A stretch of 59,268 nucleotides of DNA from contig CAYVME010000002.1 in NCBI GenBank assembly GCA_964452415.1, forward strand, positions 1-59,268, written 5' to 3'. The notes below the pieces were generated by a model. That model was not told the origin of the DNA. It searched no databases and saw only the letters and a list, made by a program, of their open reading frames with translations. Both the position numbers and the translations under genes were made by a program. This document shows, piece after piece, positions 43,511 to 49,648 of the stretch. The DNA is from an uncultured Bdellovibrionales bacterium (lineage in GTDB: Bacteria; Patescibacteriota; Minisyncoccia; Moranbacterales; GWC2-37-73). Numbering within the stretch: position 1 is the stretch's first letter; every line of letters starts with the position of its first letter.

Positions 43511-43549
43511 AAGACCCCGCCGAGCAACAGCTCAGCCGGGGTCTTTTTA
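43511..43549 (+). terminator. Rho-independent terminator
   Basis: Stem AGACCCCG (43512-43519) / CGGGGTCT (43537-43544), followed by T5. Confidence 0.8.
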
Positions 43550-43579
43550 ATTGCATTTTCACGATCTCATATCCAGCAT

Positions 43580-43606
43580 TTGACTTTATGGACTTTCCGC
43601 TTTAGC
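43580..43606. repeat. 'Word' repeat (TTGACTTTATGGACTTTCCGCTTTAGC)
   Basis: Same family as 38413-38449. Confidence 0.5.
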
Positions 43607-43611
43607 TATTT

Positions 43612-43665
43612 ATTTTTATTCGCAATTAGTGGATTGGCATTCATTCGTGGATTAGCATCACATCT
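43612..43665. repeat. ATTCGCAATTAGTGGATT... repeat family, copy 3
   Basis: Near-identical to 40782-40835. It sits in the same position, at the 3' end of the paralogous GT2 gene. Confidence 0.7.
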
Positions 43666-44596
43666 TTATCACCTCTTTAATATTGTAATTCATTTTTCCT
43701 TGTCCTTTGTAATAATTCTTCAGCATGATGTCGGCAAGAAGGCCGAAAACGAAAAGCTGAATTCCAACAAGCACCAAGAAAATTCCAACCAAGGGCCAAA
43801 TCTTTTCCGAAAGTGATCCCCCGAAGAAAAGTTTTTCAATTGCCATCCAGCCAAGAATCAAAAAACCACCGAATGAGAGGATCATCCCTGTTCCACCAAA
43901 AAGATGGAGTGGTCGGTTTGAATATTTTCGCCAAAACCAAACAGAAATCATGTCCACGACTCCCTTCATGCCTCTTTTCCAATTATATTTAGTCACGCCA
44001 TGAACTCGCGGATGATGAGTCACTTTAACTTCTCCAATTTTGTATCCTTGAAGTTCCAAAATAGCAGGAATGAAACGATGCATTTCTCCAAACAGATCCA
44101 CATCCTTGAAACACTCTTTTTTATATGCCTTAAGAGAACAACCGCTGTCGTGAATTGTGTCGTTGATCAAAACCTTGCGAAGAAGATTGGCCGCTCTGGA
44201 TGCCAAGTGCTTGCTCAAAGTGTCTTTTCTTTGATAGCGCCAGCCAGAAACAACATCAAATCCTTTCCCCATTTCTTCCAGAAGAAGCGGGATATCAGCT
44301 GGATCATTTTGCAAATCACTGTCCATCGTCACAATTATTTCACCCTGAGCTTGCTTGAAACCAGCATCCATGGCAGCAGTTTGCCCAAAATTTTTGCGAA
44401 ACTTGATCAAAATGAGTGGAGAAAGACCCTCGCAATCCTTCACTGTTCCATCTTTCGATCCATCATCAATAAAAATAATTTCAAATGTTTTCCCAAGTTT
44501 CTGACAAGCTTCCACAATCTTTGCATGAAGCTCCCTGACATTCCCTTCCTCATTATACACAGGAGCCACAATTGATAAATACGGTTTTTCACTCAT
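43658..44596 (-). CDS. GT2 polyprenyl-phosphate glycosyltransferase (GtrB/ArnC/Dpm1-like)
   Basis: 312-aa ORF with LSIVAPVYNEEGNVRELHAKI, DDGSKDGT and MDSDLQN, plus two C-terminal TM helices. Confidence 0.85.
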   Translation of the reverse strand: MSEKPYLSIVAPVYNEEGNVRELHAKIVEACQKLGKTFEIIFIDDGSKDGTVKDCEGLSPLILIKFRKNFGQTAAMDAGFKQAQGEIIVTMDSDLQNDPADIPLLLEEMGKGFDVVSGWRYQRKDTLSKHLASRAANLLRKVLINDTIHDSGCSLKAYKKECFKDVDLFGEMHRFIPAILELQGYKIGEVKVTHHPRVHGVTKYNWKRGMKGVVDMISVWFWRKYSNRPLHLFGGTGMILSFGGFLILGWMAIEKLFFGGSLSEKIWPLVGIFLVLVGIQLFVFGLLADIMLKNYYKGQGKMNYNIKEVIKM

Positions 44597-44694
44597 AGCA
44601 TTGAATTAAATAAATTAGATTCTTCTTGACTGATTAATTATAACTTATTTCCAATTTGTGAGCAATATCCAAATCTAGCAGTGGAAAACTCCAC

Positions 44695-44722
44695 TTGTTG
44701 TCTTTTCTATAAGGAGTATAAT
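44695..44722 (+). promoter_or_regulatory. Sigma70-type promoter sharing the CCACTTGTT...ATAAGGAGTATAAT block
   Basis: TTGTTG (44695-44700), a 16-nt spacer, then TATAAT (44717-44722). The same block occurs at 48084-48116. Confidence 0.5.
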
Positions 44723-44760
44723 AAAAGAAGAATAAAACAGCTCCAAAATAGCGAGTCGAG

Positions 44761-44800
44761 ATTCGCAATTAGTGGATTGGCATTTATTCGTTGATTAGTA
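44761..44800. repeat. ATTCGCAATTAGTGGATT... repeat family, copy 4
   Basis: ATTCGCAATTAGTGGATTGGCATTTATTCGTTGATTAGTA. Here it lies in the 5' leader of a plus-strand gene. Confidence 0.6.
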
Positions 44801-44825
44801 TAATAATTAAAATAAACAAAAAAAT

Positions 44826-45515
44826 ATGCACAAAAAAATTGCATTGTTCTCGGCGATTGCGATTGCAACCATTCCCTTTGCTCCAGCTTTTGCTGTTGGT
44901 GAGCAAATGACGCAAACAAAAGCCCAAGAAACAAAAGAAGAGAGAATCAAAAACAGAACTTTGGCCATAGAAGAAAAGCAAGAAGCACGATCAGCCAAAG
45001 CACTCCAATTCCAGGATCGAAAAGAGAAAATGGAAGAGGCGAAATGCAAAAACCTTGAAAACAAAATCGCAAACAGAGTCAAGAGATATGAAAACAATGG
45101 AAACATGCTCAGCACAGTGTATGGCAACATGCAGACAAGATTGGCTCGCCTTCTCGAAAGACTAAACACTGCCAAAGCAGACACAGCCAAATTGACAGCT
45201 GACCTTGCGATTTTGGATGGAAAAATTGCCAAACTCAAAACCGACCACGCAACTTTCATGACAACATTGAAAGATTCGCAATCGTTTGTCTGCGGAAGCT
45301 CTGAAGGCGAATTCAAAAACAAACTTGAAGAAGCTAGAAAAGTTCCTGAAATAATCAAACAGGATCGTCAAGACATCAAAGACTTTTTTCAAACAACAAT
45401 CAAAGCTGATCTCAAAGAAATTCGAACGGCTTTAGCCGAGGAGAAAGAAGCAACAGAGCCAGAAGATGATGAAAAAGACAAAGACGAAGCTCCAACCCCT
45501 GTCTCACTTCCATAA
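44826..45515 (+). CDS. Secreted coiled-coil protein (hypothetical)
   Basis: 229-aa ORF with a signal peptide (MHKKIALFSAIAIATIPFAPAFA). The rest is charged and heptad-like. Confidence 0.65.
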   Translation: MHKKIALFSAIAIATIPFAPAFAVGEQMTQTKAQETKEERIKNRTLAIEEKQEARSAKALQFQDRKEKMEEAKCKNLENKIANRVKRYENNGNMLSTVYGNMQTRLARLLERLNTAKADTAKLTADLAILDGKIAKLKTDHATFMTTLKDSQSFVCGSSEGEFKNKLEEARKVPEIIKQDRQDIKDFFQTTIKADLKEIRTALAEEKEATEPEDDEKDKDEAPTPVSLP

Positions 45516-45526
45516 TTTAAAAAGCG

Positions 45527-45613
45527 TGTCATCCCGGACAGCAGATCCGGGATCCAGGATTCAAAAAGATGGTAGTGCTAAGTTCTGGATTCCGGGTCAA
45601 GCCCGGAATGACA
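45527..45613. repeat. GC-rich palindromic double-hairpin element (REP/MITE-like)
   Basis: The left arm TGTCATCCCGGACAGCAGATCCGGGATCCAGGA is mirrored by TTCTGGATTCCGGGTCAAGCCCGGAATGACA. Each arm also folds on itself through an 8-bp stem. Confidence 0.7.
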
Positions 45614-45622
45614 AATAAAAGT

Positions 45623-45656
45623 AGGTTTCTTTTGCGGAAAAAGAAATGTGGAAAAT
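45623..45656 (+). promoter_or_regulatory. 34-nt hairpin motif, copy 1 (AGGTTTCTTTTGCGGAAAAAGAAATGTGGAAAAT)
   Basis: An exact reverse-complement copy lies at 59145-59178. Internal stem is TTTCTTTT/AAAAGAAA. It ends 31 nt upstream of the ATG at 45688. Confidence 0.6.
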
Positions 45657-45687
45657 CAAAGCCAATAATTAGCATAACTTTATAAAA

Positions 45688-45978
45688 ATGAACAAAACAA
45701 AAAAAATCGTCTTGGTAGTGGTAGCCGTTCTTGTGACCATTTTACTAATTTTCTTGGGATATAAAAAAACAACTGCACCAACAATCGAAACTCCTCAGGC
45801 AGTTCAAAAAACAACAACTCCAAAAACAACTCCGCAAGCAGTCCAGAACAGACCCCCTGAACTTCCTGCAGACAACAAACAAGCAATCGACAGCGAGCTT
45901 CAAGGAATTGACCGAACACTCCAGGAAGCTGACACCGCCCTTTCTGCAGACATGGCAGATGATGAACTTGGACTTTAG
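45688..45978 (+). CDS. Small N-terminally anchored protein with a T/P/Q-rich linker (hypothetical)
   Basis: 96-aa ORF with one TM helix, a repeated TPQAVQ segment and an acidic tail. It has its own terminator. Confidence 0.6.
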   Translation: MNKTKKIVLVVVAVLVTILLIFLGYKKTTAPTIETPQAVQKTTTPKTTPQAVQNRPPELPADNKQAIDSELQGIDRTLQEADTALSADMADDELGL

Positions 45979-46065
45979 TTCATTTGACGAACACATTTCA
46001 CAAAAATTAGCTACTGTCAGGGGAAATTAGGAAAATAAGCCCCTGAACGCCCACAAAGAAGCTAA

Positions 46066-46100
46066 CAAAAAAAATTCAGCACTGTGCTGAATTTTTTTCT
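46066..46100. terminator. Bidirectional rho-independent terminator
   Basis: Stem ATTCAGCA (46074-46081) / TGCTGAAT (46085-46092), flanked by an A8 run and a T7 run. Confidence 0.8.
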
Positions 46101-46295
46101 TTTATTCCCGCTTTTGACTTTCGACTTTATGTTGTACTTGAAACAAAAAAATGTTAAAATTAAAACATGAATGAGGATGATTTGAAAATATCAGCCTAAT
46201 AAAAGAAGAGTTTGGTGATAAAATTAAACTTAACTTGGTCATAAAAAACAAAGACAACTCAATTGCAAAAATTGAATACGATATAAATTTCAATA

Positions 46296-46324
46296 TTGAC
46301 ATCTATATAAAAATTCAATATAAT
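46296..46324 (+). promoter_or_regulatory. Consensus sigma70 promoter for the 64-aa gene
   Basis: TTGACA (46296-46301), a 17-nt spacer, then TATAAT (46319-46324). Confidence 0.65.
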
Positions 46325-46347
46325 AGAGAATCATTAAATACAATACT

Positions 46348-46542
46348 ATGTTAAAAAGAATTATTTCACATATCAGAAGAAAGGAACCGAAAAAAGAGCC
46401 TGTTGGTTTTTTTGATTTGCCAATTGGCGAACAACAAAAAATAATTCAGAAAGCAGCTGAACTCTCAGCACAGGATCAAAAAAATCTCTTGAAAGAATAC
46501 GAGAAAAAATTTGGAGAACTTCAAACAAATTCTTGCAAATAA
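46348..46542 (+). CDS. Small basic/helical protein (hypothetical)
   Basis: 64-aa ORF bracketed by a consensus promoter and a terminator. No SD is visible in the short leader. Confidence 0.5.
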   Translation: MLKRIISHIRRKEPKKEPVGFFDLPIGEQQKIIQKAAELSAQDQKNLLKEYEKKFGELQTNSCK

Positions 46543-46552
46543 CAATATTCAC

Positions 46553-46583
46553 AAAAAAAATCCGCCTTTAGCGGATTTTTTAT
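46553..46583 (+). terminator. Rho-independent terminator
   Basis: Stem AATCCGC (46559-46565) / GCGGATT (46571-46577), followed by a T-run. Confidence 0.8.
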
Positions 46584-46610
46584 TTGTACCCTACATCCCA
46601 CACCTTTTTT

Positions 46611-46737
46611 GTCATCCCGGACTTGATCCGGGATCCAAACCTGCTTTCGACTTTCGATTTCTTTGCTTCCCTTTTTCAACTTTTAACTTTCAACTTTATG
46701 GACTTTTTATTTTCCCGCTTTCCCCTTTCAACTTTTT
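46611..46737. repeat. Composite repeat, left copy (GTCATCCCGGACTTG hairpin unit plus an 83-nt 'word' block)
   Basis: The block 46640-46722 is about 95% identical, by eye, to 47925-48007 in the same orientation. Both copies are preceded by GTCATCCCGGACTTG. Confidence 0.8.
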
Positions 46738-46741
46738 ACGA

Positions 46742-47728
46742 TTACACTTCACTAATCACATCAAATCCCTTGAAGCTTCCCACTACGGAATATCCAATAA
46801 TCTTAACATTCGTACTATGCCCCAATATATTTCTTATTTTACCGGCAGTTTCATTAAGAGTTGCTCCTGATCCAGTTGCATCATCAATAATTAAAATATT
46901 TGATGTTATTTTCTGATTAGGATTAACAGCGATTGTTTTTTGAGCATTTATAATCCTATCTTCCAATTTTCGCAAAGTCTTCTGGGGCACTTTTGTCGCA
47001 CTTGGAATTTTTACAGCAACAATTTCAGGCAATTTCAATTTAAGTCTATTTTTCAAAACATCCAAAAATTGAACTTTGCGATCGATGGTCGGCGGTATAA
47101 AACAAATCATGCCTATCTCATATTTCTCAATCAAATCAAGAATGGCTGGCTTTATTATTGTTGCAATTTCACCAATAATTTCCTTGTTTTGCGAAGATTT
47201 TCCAAGATACACCAACTGACCGAGTTTTGTTTTTCCAAAATGATCCAAATTATAGAAATCACTAAAAAAAACTTCGTTCAGATTCAAATTTCCGGTTGCT
47301 GATAGAATTTTTTTCTTTGCTGACACCAGCCCATTTTTTTTGATTTTCTGCACTGCTTTGATTTTTTCTGCGAGCAACTTTTTTTCTTTTGAAAAATCAA
47401 ACGCATTTTTTTGACACCAAGTCTTAAATCCATCAATTCCCCTTCGTATTTCACCACTAGGAGAAACATAGACATAGTTGTTTTCAATAACTTGGTCGTC
47501 TTCATCAGAAATAATCACACCATCGGAGATTGCTTCATTATACACATAAAAAATCCTGGGTATTTTCCCAGTTTTTTTTATCAATTGCTCATCTAACAAA
47601 ATTAACAAGTGTTTATAAACTGTTTTAGGTGAAACACCGAGCATTTTTACAATTTCCGATGAGCGCATTGGCCCATATTGCTTTATCATTTTTAACACTG
47701 CCTCTGTTTCTTTGGATATAGAATTCAT
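46742..47728 (-). CDS. Winged-helix DNA-binding domain fused to a ComF-like phosphoribosyltransferase domain
   Basis: 328-aa ORF with an N-terminal wHTH (MRSSEIVKMLGVSPKTVYKHLLILLDEQLIKK) and a C-terminal PRPP-binding motif (NILIIDDATGSGATLNE). Confidence 0.7.
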   Translation of the reverse strand: MNSISKETEAVLKMIKQYGPMRSSEIVKMLGVSPKTVYKHLLILLDEQLIKKTGKIPRIFYVYNEAISDGVIISDEDDQVIENNYVYVSPSGEIRRGIDGFKTWCQKNAFDFSKEKKLLAEKIKAVQKIKKNGLVSAKKKILSATGNLNLNEVFFSDFYNLDHFGKTKLGQLVYLGKSSQNKEIIGEIATIIKPAILDLIEKYEIGMICFIPPTIDRKVQFLDVLKNRLKLKLPEIVAVKIPSATKVPQKTLRKLEDRIINAQKTIAVNPNQKITSNILIIDDATGSGATLNETAGKIRNILGHSTNVKIIGYSVVGSFKGFDVISEV

Positions 47729-47753
47729 AATGTTTATTTAAAATTACACTTAC

Positions 47754-47790
47754 ATTATAACAGGTGAGTATTAACCAGTCAATACTCACC
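47754..47790 (-). promoter_or_regulatory. Promoter plus overlapping perfect palindromic operator of the wHTH-PRT gene
   Basis: On the minus strand: TTGACT (47782-47777), a 17-nt spacer, then TATAAT (47759-47754). The palindrome GGTGAGTATT-N8-AATACTCACC (47763-47790) covers the -35 and the spacer. Confidence 0.65.
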
Positions 47791-47869
47791 CATTGAAGAA
47801 TATCCTGGCTTATTTTAGCCATTTTTTATATCATTTCTGCACCCCTTTTGTTGTATCTGTCTCTCCCGT

Positions 47870-48025
47870 GTCATCCCGGACTTGCCCATCCGCCTCTGGA
47901 AGGATCCAGAATCCAGACCCGCATCCTGCTTTCGACTTTCGATTTCTTTGCTTCCCTCTTTCAACTTTTAACTTTTGACTTTATGGACTTTTTATTTTCC
48001 AGCTTTCGACTTTCGATTTTTTTTG
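47870..48025. repeat. Composite repeat, right copy
   Basis: GTCATCCCGGACTTG at 47870, a ~40-nt insertion relative to the left copy, then the shared block at 47925-48007. Confidence 0.8.
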
Positions 48026-48087
48026 TATCTCGATGACTAATTACTAATGACTTGAATTTTGTTTAACTTTCAGCTTTTTCATCCCAC

Positions 48088-48116
48088 TTGTTTGACTTTT
48101 CCATAAGGAGTATAAT
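48088..48116 (+). promoter_or_regulatory. Sigma70-type promoter sharing the CCACTTGTT...ATAAGGAGTATAAT block
   Basis: TTGTTT (48088-48093), a 17-nt spacer, then TATAAT (48111-48116). Confidence 0.5.
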
Positions 48117-48153
48117 AGAGAGGTCAATAAAATCAAATTAACAAAAATAAAAC

Positions 48154-49629
48154 ATGAGAAAAATCTTAGGACTTATTTTAATAGTTGCATTTTTGACGCC
48201 ATTTTTGTCGTCTTCCCTGACAACAAAGACGCAAGCACAATCAACAGACACATTGCTTGATGACTACACAGCCTATCAGCAATACAAGCAGTACTTGGAT
48301 TACGACAAAAAACAAAAATATGCCGGCTATTTGCGCTACAAAAAAGTTGCAAAATACAGATTCAAAAATGAATCAACCAGAGCAAAATATCAACTGATGC
48401 ATGACAATTATCAGTTGTATCTCTCCGATCCAGTGACCAATGCTCAATTCAAGAAATTGAAAAAGCAATATGTTCGCTATGAAAACTATTTGAACAAATA
48501 TCTCCCCCTTGTTCAATATTCAACCTTCAAGAGCTATAAACGATACAACAAAAAGAAATACAATGCTGGCGCAAATTATGGCACTCAGGAGCATTTGGAT
48601 GGATACAACCGATATTTGGCAGCTCAAGGAGGTGCCAACATGGGATTGGGAGAAGCGGATCTTGGCGGAGGAGCGCTTGGACCAGAAATAGCAATCGGAT
48701 TGGAAAACTATTCCAGAACATATTTGAAAAACAATGATTTTGAAATAACAGCCAAAAGCGCATCGTCGGGCAATCCACTTTCATACAACATTAAAAATGA
48801 AAGTGGAGATATCCTGGCAACCATCGCCGGAAATTCCACAACCAAAGTCAACTACACAACCAACAAGATATTTTCCATTTCAAATTCCATCCCGACTCCA
48901 ATAACCGTTTCAACTGAAATAAGATTTGAAGCTTCTGACAGTGCCAACGACACAGACATTGTCTTTCATTTCAATCGCCCATCGAGCAGTTTTGATGATT
49001 TTCGCAGCAAAATAAAACTGCGATATTACGACGATCCAAATCCCGATAATTCCGACACAATTTGGGCCATCAACACCCTGCCACTGGAGCAATACATTTG
49101 GGGAATGGGCGAAATGGCAGGCACAGGACCAAACAACCACAGCAGAGTCATGACAACCGTTTTTCGAACATACGGCTATTGGAAACTGAAATTCAGCACA
49201 AAATATGCCCTTCAGAGATTCAAAGTCAATGCCACTCCAGGAAACCAATTGTACTATGGCTACGATTGGGAGGTGACGCATTCAGGAATACGCAATGCAG
49301 CTGAAGCCACTGCTGGAAAATTGGTGATGTATGCATCTTCAGGGAAAAATGAAATTGCACTGACACCATACAGTTCTTGGTCAGACGGAAGAACAAGAAG
49401 TTTCGAAGAACGCTGGGGATCAAAAGATTATCCGTGGTGCAAATCAGTGAAAGATCCATATGGAAAAAATTCAAGCAAATCAACAGAAGTTCTTGAGTCC
49501 GATGGAAATCACATGGTTGGCTTGATTGCCAATGGATCACTCAAATTGGCTGGAGACAGCTACAAGTGGGAATGGGACAGAATATTAAGATACTATTTCA
49601 CCAATATCAACATCATCAAAGCCTACTAA
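48154..49629 (+). CDS. Secreted SpoIID/LytB-domain protein with a Tyr/Lys-rich N-terminal region
   Basis: 491-aa ORF with a signal peptide. The C-terminal half carries SpoIID-like motifs (INTLPLEQYIWGMGEM, TVFRTYGYW, GNQLYYGY, ATAGKLVMY, YSSWSDGRT). Confidence 0.7.
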   Translation: MRKILGLILIVAFLTPFLSSSLTTKTQAQSTDTLLDDYTAYQQYKQYLDYDKKQKYAGYLRYKKVAKYRFKNESTRAKYQLMHDNYQLYLSDPVTNAQFKKLKKQYVRYENYLNKYLPLVQYSTFKSYKRYNKKKYNAGANYGTQEHLDGYNRYLAAQGGANMGLGEADLGGGALGPEIAIGLENYSRTYLKNNDFEITAKSASSGNPLSYNIKNESGDILATIAGNSTTKVNYTTNKIFSISNSIPTPITVSTEIRFEASDSANDTDIVFHFNRPSSSFDDFRSKIKLRYYDDPNPDNSDTIWAINTLPLEQYIWGMGEMAGTGPNNHSRVMTTVFRTYGYWKLKFSTKYALQRFKVNATPGNQLYYGYDWEVTHSGIRNAAEATAGKLVMYASSGKNEIALTPYSSWSDGRTRSFEERWGSKDYPWCKSVKDPYGKNSSKSTEVLESDGNHMVGLIANGSLKLAGDSYKWEWDRILRYYFTNINIIKAY

Positions 49630-49648
49630 CTTCATTTCGCAAATCAAT

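Noticed and set aside
46102-46302. A 66-aa hydrophobic ORF on the minus strand in the AT-rich gap.
   Set aside because: Its start lies inside the -35 box of the consensus plus-strand promoter, its end runs into a 'word' repeat, and it has no SD. I judged it unsupported.
46640-46737. A possible CRISPR array formed from the short intergenic repeats (also at 14445-14524 and 47925-48025).
   Set aside because: There is no constant-length repeat alternating with unique spacers. The units are degenerate 6-17-nt words with no spacers, and no cas genes are present in the window.
46511-46916. ORFs 46511-46870, 46584-46916, 47793-47978 and 47848-48036. They encode strings such as VIPDLIRDP and FDFRFLCFP.
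   Set aside because: They read straight through the palindromic and 'word' repeats and, in two cases, antisense into the wHTH-PRT gene. This is the typical mis-translation of repeats.
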